Below, piece by piece: positions 13,411 through 25,790 of a DNA stretch of 64,000 bases; position 1 is the stretch's first letter, and the number at the start of each line of letters is the position of its first letter. Both the position numbers and the translations under genes were made by a program. The stretch comes from Gekko japonicus. Lineage: Eukaryota. The notes under the pieces are model-generated. The model did no database searches. It was not told the DNA's origin and saw only the letters and a list, made by a program, of their open reading frames with translations. The stretch spans positions 90,080 to 154,079 of the forward strand of contig NW_015160909.1 in assembly GCF_001447785.1 (NCBI RefSeq), in the 5' to 3' direction.

Positions 13411-13808
13411 TGTCAGAACCCACAGCTAACAACGAAGTACATGCGTTCAGGAACGGTTATACTTTTATTGCAAAGCTATAGATGCAGTAACACAGGCACT
13501 GTTAAGAATGGCGGCAACCAATAGAGCCTAATAGGATATAGGATATTCGTATGCACCCCCCCCCCCATGGCATGGGCCAATTAGGTACCCTCCCGTGCAC
13601 GGGATAAGTTAGGAAACCGTTAGGTGGCTAAAACTGGGAACCAGGAGTCTCTCACGGTAGATGGGAGACTTCCAGAGAATACAACCTCCTCCTGCACATC
13701 TGTAGAGATTAGCGTTTCAGCACAGATGGAACAGCAGGGATAGGAATGCAATAGCAATTAACTAGACACAGAATGAACTTCCCAACCCCCATGGCAGCAT
13801 AGCTGACA
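13411..13808 (-). mobile_element. possible solo LTR
   Basis: tgtcag...ctgaca termini and minus-strand AATAAA near the left end; no clear TSD. Confidence 0.35.
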
Positions 13809-14851
13809 GATACTTCAGAGAAATATTGCATGTCTGGAACTGCCACTCAGTGACAGCTACTTTTGAGTTTTAAAGACTACAGTGCAGTATTCTACCCCCC
13901 ACCAATGCTCCCTCTAAGTTGTGGAGTTTTGTGAGCAAATTTGTACTTTGTGAGCTACTGACATTAAAGTTGTGAGCAAGCGATTTGGCTACTGCATAAA
14001 TTAGTTTGTTCTGGAGCCATCCTTCCTGAGCGAAGACAAAAATGTGTAAAAACTCAATGCATTTTTTAAAAAAGTTTTTAGATTTTTCTGCAAACCTGTA
14101 GAACTATCTGTTTGGGGTAATCATGGCCTCAGGCTGCAGATTTAGATGTCCCTGTATGGGACCACATCTTTTGCTGTTTGATATATAGATATGTATTTTG
14201 CATCTCATATTCATTATGCAGCAGTAGTGGAAGGTGCGGTGCAACTAGGCAGTTTTCTTTCCCTTTTAACACAAGCTTGTTTGCAGCTTACTTTTTATTC
14301 GAAGAGTTAAATCTTGATAAAATGGTTAATTAAAAGAAAGTTTGCTCCTGTCTGTATGATTGTATTCTAAAAATCCGAATGTTAGTAAACTGTTTTGAAT
14401 GTTCCAGCTACAAATCTGGATGGTTCTAAACCCAGCTTGGAACAGGTTCTATTAAAATAATGCAAAGACCTGCATAATTTGCAATAAAATTTTATTTTAT
14501 TATCTGTTACTGTATCTATGTTTCTAACATATATTGTGAGTATAAACCTTTTCTGAACTAGCCTAATGTATTTTCTGCTCCTTTACCCACAATAAAGGTG
14601 TTACAGGTAAATAGTATATTTTTCTGCCAGTAAGAATAAATGTTGTTCCATAGCTCTGAAATGTTATATGTAAAGTTTGGTTAATATACCATTATTTGAA
14701 TAGTAATCTGCCTAGTAAGCAAAATGAATGTGTTGGATCTTTTAGATATATGGTTGGATCCAAAGGTGTTCTCCTATGGGTTGAATACCCCTTTTGTAAG
14801 TAGAAAAACATCACCCATGAGCAGAAGAACTCTGACATGGAACACTGCATT

Positions 14852-15526
14852 AATTCTTTTTTTTAAAGTACCCATAGGTACACTTTTATTAATTTTTTAT
14901 AATCTACAACAAACAAATCTACACACTACAAACAGACACTCTACTACACATAACGTATATACCAAGAGTACAGTTACATTATATGCTTATATGCAATGAC
15001 TTAATTAATAAAAACGCTATATCAAACACTTTCCATTCTTCTGTCTTCTGTGTTCTCAAGTCCATTGCGCTATCATTGCCAAATCTTCTATTACATTTGC
15101 ATTATACCAATCATAAAACTTTTTCCATGTTTTTTGAAATGCCCACTCTTTGCTTAATCTCATTTCTAAAGTCAGTTTGGCATTTTCTGCTGTTTCAAAA
15201 CGTTTATTCACAAACTCCTGTTTCGTTGGTATCACCATAGTTTTCCAATATTTGGCATATAAGATTCTTGCAGCTGTCGTCATATAAACAGTCAAATACC
15301 TATTCTCTTTTTCATAATCCTTTGGAAATATATTCAACAGCAAGACCTCTGGAGTAAATGGAATCTTTGCTCTTAGTATCTTCTCCATCAAACTATGGAC
15401 CCATTTCCAAAACTTTTTAGTAACATCGCATAGCCACCACATATGATAAAATGTGCCCCTTTTACTCTTACATTTCCAGCATTTATCAGAACAGTTAATA
15501 TTTTGCTTAGCCAGTCTATCAGGGGT
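14852..15526 (-). mobile_element. L1-clade LINE 3' fragment
   Basis: ORF 15056-15532 with the ORF2 C-terminal CCHC motif CWKC...HMWWLC; A-rich tail; 12-bp TSD gaacactgcatt at 14840-14851 and 15527-15538. Confidence 0.88.
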
Positions 15527-15871
15527 GAACACTGCATTGACTCTTCATGAAGCAAAGGACGAGGAAGATGATGAAATCCTGGGACCATGAGGCATACAAG
15601 ATGTCTCCATTTGATGTCCAAGATAAGTCCCAAGAGAGTGATGAACTCTCTTACCCTGGGATACAGCCCTACCTTCCTGCTCGAGTATTGTACCCTCCAC
15701 TTCATAGCTCATTTCAGTTTGTAGTGTAGTGTAGTATAGTGTAGTGGTTAAGAGCGATGGACTCTAATCTGGAGAACTGAGTTTGATTCCCCACTCCTCC
15801 ACATGAAACCAGCTGGGTGACCTTGGCTCAGACACAGTTCTCTCAGAACTGTTCTCTCAAGAGCAGTTCTC

Positions 15872-16481
15872 TAGGGTTGCCAGGTCTTTGGCTAGGGTTG
15901 GCAAGTTGATCTTCGCCGGGAGCGGGTGGCTCCCGGCTGGCGTTTGGTGCGTGCACGCTGCACGCATGTCACCCAGAAGTGATGGGAGGACGCCAGGCAT
16001 GCTGGGGGCAGGGGCACAGCCATACAGGGGAAAACCATAGAGTTTTCCCTTGGATGGCCATGGCCCCGCCCCCAGCGTGCCCAGCATGGTCACGTCACTT
16101 CTGGGTGACGCGCATGTCGGGGTGGAGTTTCCCCCGGGGCCCGATCCGGCAGCGCCGGGGGGACTTGGGATCCCTATCTTTGGCTCTCACCAGTGGGGGT
16201 GGGAGGGAGCTTTCTGGGAGCGAGGGAGTGGGGCAAGGTCACTGTGCATGATGTCCCCAGAGTGATGACATCACACGGAAGTGACATCATCATGCCGAGG
16301 ACATTGTGTGGCTACAATAGAACTTTGCCCAAAATACCAGAGCATTGCCGTGTAACGTCCCCAGCATGATGATGTCACTTCTGCGTGATTGGGGACATTT
16401 GTGTCAGAGCCTGGCTAGCAGCAGGCAGGAACCTGCAAAAACAGGGGATCCCCTGCTCCTACCTGGGGGCTGGCAACCCTA
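15872..16481. mobile_element. hAT MITE (outer)
   Basis: TIR tagggttgcca/tggcaacccta; perfect TSD cagttctc at 15864-15871 and 16482-16489. Confidence 0.9.
15893..16176. mobile_element. hAT MITE (inner, nested)
   Basis: TIR tagggttggcaag/cttgggatcccta; perfect TSD tctttggc at 15885-15892 and 16177-16184; internal palindrome. Confidence 0.88.
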
Positions 16482-17009
16482 CAGTTCTCTCAGAGCTCTG
16501 TCAGCTCCACCTACCTCACAGGGTGCCTGTTGTGGGGCGAGGAAGGGAAGGTGGTTGTAAGCTGCTCTGAGACTCTTGAGTGAAGGGCGGGGTATAGATC
16601 CATAAATCTAAGGTCTCTCCATAGGTGACCACTCACAGTCTACAAAACCAAGAAACAGGAGTACCCCACTGGACCACTTGCTGCTGTGACTAGTCATTGC
16701 ACATTTAAGTGCAATTAGTCTATTCATAGGAGGGGGGGGATTAAACCTTTTCCTCCTGGCAGGAATAAGACCTCAGTCCAGCTTCAGCCATTGCTAACTG
16801 ACTGAATGATTTTGCCGAAAAATGCGCTGTTACCATTTAACAATCTAGGCTTTTGGAACTGACCAAGGGTAATCTAGTCCATCATCTTGTGGCCAGTCAG
16901 CTGCATCAGAGGTTCCACCAAACAGGACATAAAGGCCCCCCAGCAAGTGGAATTCAGAGGCATGCCTTATTGAGTTCCCTTCTCTTGTGCTATTCTGAGC
17001 AATTTAAAA

Positions 17010-17340
17010 GAATTAATAATCCCTCATTATACAAAAGCATTTATGCTTGTTCAGTTGAATTCTTTTCTCTCAGCCATATTGGAAAGCTGATTTCCAGGCA
17101 TAGTGTATTGGGATAGAGTTTGTAAATGTGGATCTGGTCAGCTTGAGTCCTTAGAATATATTTTATTGGAGTGTGAAATCTGTTCTGATTTGAGAGAAAG
17201 GACTTTGTCCTCCCTCTTAATTGGTTGTGTGAATTTATCATCTCAAAAAAATTCATCTAGATTTCCTTATAGATGTGGATCAGAAAACTACCTTAGCAGT
17301 CACTAAATATTTAGTTGTGGTGATTGCATGTAAGAGGGTT
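17010..17340 (+). mobile_element. old RTE-X-like LINE 3' fragment
   Basis: Degenerate zinc knuckle CKCGSGQLESLEYILLECEIC, similar to the element at 2411-2913. Confidence 0.55.
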
Positions 17341-17379
17341 AGATCTTGATCTGTTTAAAACCTTTAAGTCAAAAGAACA

Positions 17380-18030
17380 GTAAGATAAAAAGAAGCCTCT
17401 AAACCTGGAGTTTCCATTTGGCTATTGTAGATAATAGCTGTTGGTATCCACCATGAAATTGTTTAATTCCCTTTTAAATCCATGTAAGACAGTGTCCTCA
17501 TATTTACATTATGCAATATGTGGACAAGTATTTTCTTTTGTGTATCCTGAATGTACTGCCAGTCTCCCTCCTTTTAGTTATTTCCCCCCCCCCAAGTTAA
17601 AAACCCCCAAAATAATTTAGCCTTTCCTCAGAGGGAAGCAGATCCAACCACTTGAACTTTTTTTGTTCTGCAGTTTGTTTGGTTTTTCCCCTGCAATATT
17701 CATTTTCAATTAAATTTCCACAAGTTATTTCAAATGCAGCCACACCATAAGACGCTGTTTGTTTTCACTCCTCTTTCTAACAGACTAGTATGGAATTAGC
17801 CCTTTTCATCACCATTGCATACTGTTTTACTGAGCTATGACCCCAACATCTCTTTCCAGATTAGTCTGAAAGATCAGACATCATCAGTCTGTGATTGGAT
17901 TTCTTTTGTTCCAGTATGTATCACTTTACACTTATTTACATTAAGCCCCATTTGCTATTGAACTAGTTTAGAAAGGTTCTTTGGCGCTCTCTGTAGTCTG
18001 TTGAGATTTATCATCCACAATAATTTGGTG
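17380..18030 (-). mobile_element. old CR1 LINE fragment (continues briefly after 19641)
   Basis: Colinear degenerate similarity to the CR1 at 23571-24900; ...taatttggtg|tcatc... is restored when the hAT insertion is removed. Confidence 0.6.
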
Positions 18031-19641
18031 CAGGGGTCATTTCCTAGAAAAAGAGCTAGGGGGACTCATTAGCATAACTCATTAGCATATGCCACACCCC
18101 CTGACATCACCGGAGGTGTGTCATAAGGCCACACCCCCTGACATCACTGGAAGTGTTTGACTTCACAACAACCTTGAAAGGGAGGACAGCATGCCACTGT
18201 GAAATCTTATGCTCCCCAAAATGGATTCTAGAATCCTGTCTGTATTAAGAGCCCCAAATGGCACCCCTTACATTCATTTTTGTCAATATTTTATCCTAAC
18301 AAGGATTTCCACTAGAACATTTTCAAAAGTGGAATCCTAGAGAGAATTACCTTCGAGAGATATCCCAGAACTGTTTGCAAAAGGCACACTGTTGGCAGAT
18401 ATTGGAACAGAACATCCTACCCAGAACTATCAAAACAGAGATTCATCACTTCCCCTCTATGAAACCTTTAAAAAAAGATGCCATACTCCACATGTATCTG
18501 GGAGACTGACAATGCAGAGGCGAGGGGGTACCAAAATGGCGCCCCACCTGAGCACACGTGCCTTCGTCGTACGGCAAGGCAACGCCGGGTCAGCCCGTGC
18601 CATCTGGTGGGGAGCTTCTCCCTCCACCTCGGCTTTGCTCAAGGGCTCCGCCACTCAATGTCAAGCCAAAGGGAAGTGGGCCAGGCGCACGGGGCCAGGT
18701 GCAGCTCGGGCTTGCCACCGGCAGAAGTCGCTCGCTCGCTCGTGCACATCAGTGAAGGGTGCCTGCCGCCTCTTCTCATCTCTACCCCTCGCTCCCCGAG
18801 AGCCGATGCAGCAGAGGGGCTGAGGAGGAGCTGCTGATGGGCGGGAAGGCGCGAGCGAGCACGACGGAGCCAGCTTGCCTGGCTGGCTGGCTGGCTGGCT
18901 CGCCCGCCTGCCTTTCTTTGCCTCTGGCCAGGCAGGCTGGAGCGCTCGCCTCCTCTCAGGCAGCAGCATGGAGGGGAGCAAGCCCAGCTCCTCGCCCAGC
19001 AGCCGGGACGAGGCCAGCCCCAGCACCAACGCCTGCTTCCAGGCGAAACTGGCCGACAAGGCGCTGAGCAGCCCCGGTGGCAACGGCAGCCTCAAGGAGC
19101 TCCGGCTGCCACTGTGACGCGGCCAGTCCAGACTCAAAGCAACACCCCAAACAAGAACTTCCACCCCCCCACTGCACAGCCATCGCCCAACAACACCCCA
19201 GGCTGCCCTGCAAAGCCCCCTCCCTCCCTCCGGTGGCTCTCTGCAAAGCCCCGCAGGCGGGCTCCCCCACAGATCCCCGGCCAGGCGATGCACCCCGAGG
19301 CGCGCCCGGAGACCCCCCGGCTCCGAAGCGAGGCCCAAGTGCCTTGTCGCCGCAGCCCGACTCCAGCCTGACGGCCCCACCACAAGCCTGGCAGCTGCCA
19401 AGGGGCGGAGGGGGGAGGAGGAGGAGCCATGGAGAGGCCATCTTGGCACGGGGCACCAGCCTCCACGCTTGTGGACCAAAAAGTGAGGAGCGGCCGAGGG
19501 GCCACCATCTCGGTGATGGTGCTTTCGGGCAAGGGGAAGCGAGGCGGCCGGAAGCAGGGGGCGGGGCTTCGTCGTGTGCCCCGCCCCCCGCACCTCACCC
19601 GGGGGATGGTGTCCCCTCGCGTCCCCCCCAAATGACCCCTG
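18031..19641 (+). mobile_element. non-autonomous hAT element with ~1.35 kb of heterologous, largely GC-rich cargo (Pack-type)
   Basis: TIR caggggtcattt/aaatgacccctg; perfect 8-bp TSD atttggtg (18023-18030, 19642-19649); ends shared with 62218-62637. Confidence 0.92.
18968..19117 (+). pseudogene. probable captured first coding exon fragment of an unidentified host gene (MEGSKPSSSP...KELRLPL)
   Basis: Kozak-like gcagcATGG; 46 of 49 codons end in G/C; preceded by GC-rich UTR-like sequence; lies inside the hAT. Confidence 0.6.
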
Positions 19642-19847
19642 ATTTGGTGTCATCCACAATGTTGCTACCTCACTGTGACTTTGAGTCATTTCTAGATGTT
19701 AGATTACATGAATATGGGAGATCTACTTTCCTCCATTTAGACAACTGTATTAGAGGGGTAGGCAATCACGTAGGGGCCAAAAACCCAACATTGTTTACCT
19801 GTGAAGAAACCGGTACACTGAAACATAATGGAGAGGGTAGAGAGATG

Positions 19848-20324
19848 TGTTAGTTAGCCAAACATACTGGGAGCAAGCTGAGGCCCTCTGGCACTGCTAG
19901 GGCCTCAGGAGCTAGAACCAGTCCCTTAAGAGGAGAACTGAACCCTGTGTGAAGAGCAAATTGGTCTTGCATGCCACTTTCAATGCTGGAGGTTGTCTAT
20001 GCCTGGATGTAGAGAGAACATTACTAGATATGTATGAAAAGAGGAGGAGGACTCAATAGAATGATAAAATGTGTGAGATCCAAGCTGTTTCTAGACCCTA
20101 TTATAATGAGTACGATATGAATTATTCTCATTGTATTCCCCCACTCCCTGTTAAGTGCAATATTATGGATTGTAATGGGTCCCCCCCTATTCTTTGTGTT
20201 GACTGGTGTGAGAGTCCCTCCAGTCTCTCCAGCATGGCTCTGGCACCTAATGTACAAGACTGTTTGACCATTGAATGTTTTTGATGATTCCTAATAAAGC
20301 TGTACATCTTCTTCTTCAATAACA
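19848..20324 (+). mobile_element. possible solo LTR
   Basis: tgtta...taaca termini, TATA-like tataat, AATAAA ~30 nt before the end; degenerate TSD. Confidence 0.4.
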
Positions 20325-20702
20325 GAAAAGTAAGAACAGGAGTTAATGGAAGGTGCAGCATTAACTGTTACTGCACTTTCCATGTAAAGCTAAATAGTGG
20401 GTTGCTATGGAAATGGGTTCATGTAGCAGCGCCTCAGTTCTTCTGCCAAGTCTGTAATGCTGGTTAATCTCAATAATTACATTTTCACCAACTTGCATTG
20501 GGGTGATGGTCTTGATAGTGCCCTTGTCAATCTGTGGTATTTTTTTTAAGTCATGGAGGAAATCCACTGAGCTTCTGTGAATCTCTTCCCATTTTATATT
20601 GGTCACATAACTGAAACACTTGCATGAGGTGTTATTTATTACACTGAAAAGTCAGTTATAGTTACTTAGAGAGGTTTCCGGTGGCTCAGGTAGTGCATAT
20701 AG

Positions 20703-21879
20703 CAGGGGTGTCAAACTCATTTGTTACGAGGGCTGGATCTGACATAAATGGGACTTTGTCGGGCAGGGCCATGTGCGTCATAACATGTAATGACAGAGCT
20801 GTTAACTTTATGAAGGACACAAACTGAATTAAAGGTATTATTTTTTAAAAAAATTAAAATACAAATATTTTATTTAACAGTTTTTGATAACTGACACCTC
20901 CCACACCTTCCCCCCCACCCTTAAAAGATGCCTGCCTAAAAATGAAAGGTGGTGGAATAGTGAGATTTGGCAGTGCAATATTTAAAATAAAACTTGAAGA
21001 TAAAAACTAAAACTATAAAATGCTCTGAGCCTAGGAAAAAATGAAATGGCTGGGCATTGCAAGCTTCTCCCTCCCCCCAGGTCTACTCAGAGTGTCAGTA
21101 GCTCTCCAGTGTAATGTTTCCCTTTGGCTGTTGGTTCCCAGGTTAGAGTACTTAGGCGCCTGTTCTCAGGTCCATTCCGCAAAGCTGGCTCAAAACATCA
21201 GCCCTTTATTTGCAAGGAGACAACTCTAACACCAACAACTTCAGCTACCATACAAAAACTGGAAACCGAAACTGCAGTTCCACTCCATTGAAATATATTG
21301 CAGCACACACAAAAAAAGTTGCAAAGAAAATGCAGAATAATTTTTCCATTAAGGTCTCTGGGGCCAGATTGATTACTCTGGGACTGGAATGATAGACTCC
21401 AGAGTAGAATGACAGTCCCTGGGAGTAGCAGAAGGGTTCTGGGAATGGAATGAGGGCCCATAGAGTGGAATTCCATTCTCAGAGTGGAATTCCATTCCCA
21501 AAACACGGCTGCTACTCCCAAGGACCCTCATTCCACTCTGTGCCCTGTCATTCCAGTCCCAGAACACAGATTCTATTACGAGGGACCGTTATTCCACTTT
21601 GGGGGCTATCATTCCAGTCCCAGAGTAGTCTGGGCTCAGAGACCTTAATGGAAAATTCATTTCAAATTTTCTTTGCAACTTTTTGTTGTGCCACAGCCCA
21701 GAGGAGTTTCCTGATGGAGGAGAAACAGGTGATGGAGGAGAAACAGGTGAAGTTAGCTGGGAAGTTTGGCAGCCCTGACCTCCCTCGGGGAGGGAGCAGG
21801 GGGAGAAGGGAGCTGTGGGCTGGATTAAAGCCCTGGATGGGGTGCTTCTGGGCTGCGGGTTGTGGGTTTAACACTCCTG
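20703..21879. mobile_element. hAT-Charlie-like non-autonomous element with an internal long palindrome
   Basis: caggggtgtcaaactc.../...gtttaacactcctg; same left end as 42848; TSD not preserved. Confidence 0.7.
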
Positions 21880-22418
21880 GCTTCAATGTTCTACTACTAC
21901 ATTAGTTAATCGGGGTCATTTAACATGTATGTTTAAGCGTAGCTTGCTTAGGTGATGTGCTGAGATTCTGTAAAATGCCATCTTTGCTGTTTATTTCTCA
22001 CATCATGAAAGACTGCCAGACAAACATTTCAGGTCATAGATTAAAAAAATCTGTCAAATGTTGATAGTAGTGGAACAATTTTTACAGTCTAATGGAACAT
22101 AAATGCTATCTTAACATGTCAAGGAAAAATTGGCCAGCTTCTGTTTAGGCTGATTGCATGCTAATGGTCAAGGATGACAAGTTCATATTTTCTCAATGGG
22201 AGCAAATAGTTAGGAGAAGTTTAGAATGAGTAATATACCTATAAGATGGGAGTTTGAGACTGTTGAGTGTGCAGCAGAGAAAATAAAGTAGTTTGGCAGC
22301 TGGAATGTAGCCAGGAGGAGAGACAGGATATTGTGCAGGTGTGTTTTTTGGTAATCTAAAAATATGGTTTATTGTGCTGGAAGGCTTAAAATGTATTCTG
22401 CTTTGTAGAGTAGGCATT

Positions 22419-23570
22419 GTCTTCCGGAGTTGCGACAAGGGCAGCTCCATGTAGAGAGTATTGCAGTAGTCTAGTCTCGAGGTGACCATAGTGTGGATCA
22501 CTGTTGCCAGGTCATTGCATTCGAGGAAGGGAACCAACTGCCTGACTCAGCCAAAGATGGTAAAACGCTGCCTTGGCAGCAGCTGCTACCTGGGCCTTCA
22601 TTGTTAAGGTGGCATCCAGGAGCACTCCCAAGCTCCTGACTGTCAGTGCTGGCACGAGCTGCGCCCCGTCGAAGACTGGTAGTGGGATCCCTACCCCTGA
22701 TCCACTCCGACTCAGGCACAGCACCTCCGTCTTCATCAGATTAAATTTCAGTCCGCTCAGTCTAAGTCAACCAGCTACATCCTGAAGCGTGTGGTCCAGA
22801 TCTTCTGGGGTAGAGTTGGATTGAGCACCCAACAACAGATATAGCTGGGTGTCATCTGCACTGGTGACACCCTAGCCCATGCCTCTGGGCAATCTGGGCA
22901 AGGGGGTGCATATAGATGTTAAATACCATCGGGAACAGCACTGCCCCTTGGGGGACCCCACAGATCAGTGTGTGACTCCGGGATATCTGACCCCCAAGAG
23001 CCACCCTTAGTCCCTGACCTTGGAGAAAGGAGACAAGCCATTGCAAGGCAAGCCCCTGAATCCCAGTGTTGGCATGGCGGTGGATCAGTAGCTGGTGGTT
23101 GACCATGTTGAACGCTGTTGACAGGTCCAACAATAACAGCACTGCTGTTCCGTCCCAATCCAGATGCCTCTGGAGGTCATCTGTGAGGACAACCAGTGCC
23201 ATCTCCGTCCCATGGCCTGGGTGGAAGCCAGACTGGAAGGGGTCTATCATGGAAGTGTCATCCATAAAGCTCTGCAACTGTATCGCCACCACTCTCTCAA
23301 TTAATTTGCCCCAATAAAGCAAATTGGAAACTGGCCAGTAATTTGCCAATTCGGCTGGATCCAGAGATGGTTTTTTAAAGAGAGGGTGGACCGTCGCTTC
23401 CATGAGTGCCCCCGGGAACAGCCCCTCAGTGAGGGACTTGTTGATAAAATCCATGAGATACAGATCAAGGCTGCACGTGGTTGGGCATACTGTCGAAAGT
23501 AATCTGTCGACTTCCTCTAGGCTAAGTGGACTGAAATAATCGAAAATTGGACTAGAAGACATGCATGGAG
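22419..23570 (-). mobile_element. L2 LINE RT region (3' part; interrupted by CR1)
   Basis: YWPVSNL, QSGFHPGHGTE, LLLLDLSTAF, GVPQGAVL, ADD, VTSRLDYCN motifs. Confidence 0.92.
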
Positions 23571-24900
23571 AACATAAGAAAATAAGAGATGTTGGATCAG
23601 GCCAATGTTGGATCAGGCCAAAGGCCCATCCAGTCCAACACTCTGTATCACACAGTGGCCAGAAATACCAGTGCCACCAGGAGGTCCACCAATGGGGCCA
23701 GGACATTAGAAGCCCTCCCACTGTTGACCCCCCAAGCACCAAGAAGACAGAGCATCACTTGCCCCAGAGCCCCTATCTATACCTTGTGACTAATAGCCAC
23801 TGATGGACCTCTGCTCCATATGCTTATCTAATTCGCTTTTGAAGCCATCCATACTTGTAGCCGCCACCACTTCCTGTGGCAGTGAATTCCATGTATTAAT
23901 CACTCTTTGGGTGAAGAAGTACTTCCTTTTATCCATTCTAACCCGACCGCTCAGCAATTTCATGGAGTGCCCATGAGTTCTTGTATTGTGAGAAAGGGAG
24001 AAAAGTACCTCTTTCTCTACCTGCTCTATCCCATGCATAATCATATAAACCTCAATCATGTCTCCCCTCAGTCGTCGTTTCTCCAAGCTAAAGAGCCCTA
24101 AGCACTTTAACCTTTCCTCATAGGGAAAATGTTCCATCCCTTTTATCATTCAAGTTGCCCTTTTCTGAACTTTTTCCAAAGCTATAATATTATTTTTAAG
24201 GTGTGGTGACCAGAACTGCACACAGTATTCCAAATGAGGTCACACCATTGATTTATATAGGGGCATTATGATATTGGCTGATCTGTTTTCAATACCCTTC
24301 CTAATAATCCCCAGCATAGCATTGGCCTTTTTTATTGCAGTCACACACTGTCTCGACATTTTCAGTGAGTTATCTACTACAATTCCAAGATCTCTCTCTT
24401 GATCAGTCTCTGCCAGTTCAGACCCCATCAATGTGTATTTATATTTAGGATTTTTGGCTCCAATGTGCATCACCTTGCACTTGGCCCCATTGAACCCCAT
24501 TTGCCATGTTGACACCCACTTGCCCATCCTTGACAGATCCCTTTGGAGTGCCTCACAATCCTCACTGGTTTACACCACCCTGAACAACTTTGTATCATCT
24601 GCAAATTTAGCCACTTCTCTGCTTACTCCCAACTCCAAATCATTAATGAATAAGTTAAAAAGCATTGGGCCAAGTACTGATCCCTGCGGTACCCCACTGC
24701 TTACGTCCCTCCACTGAGAGAACTGCCCATTTATACTCACTCTCTGTTTTCTATTAATTAGCCAGTTTTTGATCCATGATTTTTGAGCTTACTTAGGAGC
24801 CTTTATCAAAAGCTTTCTGGAAGTCAAGGTAAACAATATCTATTGGATCTATTGGATCCCCCTTGTCCACATGTTTGTTCACCCCCTCAAAGAACACTAA
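23571..24900 (-). mobile_element. CR1 LINE 3' 1.3 kb inserted into L2
   Basis: [48 protein letters not shown]; CR1 3' UTR ending ttcttatgtt. Confidence 0.93.
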
Positions 24901-25790
24901 CAGCCTCGAGTTCACTTACTGTCTCACTGTGGCAGGAAGGTCACGGCGGAGCGACAAGACTTTATCTGCAAAATACCTTGCAAAAGCCTCGCAGCCAATA
25001 TCCAATTCCCTAGCATTTGGTCTGCCCTGTGGCAGAACTGTTAAGGACCAAATAATTCTCAACAACTGGGCCGGGCATGAGCTTGCAGACGCAACCGTAG
25101 CCACATAGAACTTTCTCTTTGTGGCTTTGATTGCCATCAGGATCTCATAAACGACCTATAAGATGCTCTTGTTGCTTCATCGTGGGCATGCTGCCACTGT
25201 CTCTCTAGTCATCTGAGCCTTCGCTTCATCAGCCGCAGCGCCTGGGTAAACCAAGGAGCCAGTTTAGAGTGAGGGCGCAGAGGGCATCAGGGAGCGATCT
25301 TGTTGATGGCTGCTGAAAGTCGGTCCTGCCAATCCCAGCTCATCCAGCGAGCCGCCAGGGGCTATAGATTCCCACAGGGCCATCTGAATCTGCAAAGGGT
25401 CCATTTGGCACCGCGGACAAGCTAAAATATGCTCGCCACCCAAACAGGGTCGGGGTGAAACGTTCACACGGTCCTTCAGTGCATGTTCGTCCAACCCTGG
25501 AACTGCCATTGCAGTAATCCGGTCCACTGTTACCCCCGCCGCGAAGATCAAATCGAGCATGTTAACTGACTTGGTGGTTAACTGGCTTGGGGGCCGTTAC
25601 ATATTGGGAGAGTCTTAGTGCCACCATGGATGACACCAGGTCCACCGCCTGTGAGGAGGTCACATCATCAGCATGGATGTAGAAGTCACCCAGGACTATC
25701 AGTCTAGGGTTCTCCAGCGCCCAGACCGACACGGCCTCCACCAGGGATGACAGGCTATCCGCCGGTGCGTTGTACAATATAATGTCCTCC
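24901..25790 (-). mobile_element. L2 LINE endonuclease/linker region (5' part)
   Basis: LIVLGDFYIH, LDLIF, CPAQLLRII motifs; colinear with 22419-23570. Confidence 0.88.

Larger units (their letters stand above)
15716..16608 (+). mobile_element. Squam3-type SINE interrupted by nested hAT MITEs
   Basis: Head at ~15716-15870; the body resumes at 16482. Confidence 0.85.

Noticed and set aside
18661-19853. Long ORFs (342 aa minus, 258 aa plus) as genes
   Set aside because: Low-complexity products of GC-rich cargo; they cross the transposon boundary and show no domain.
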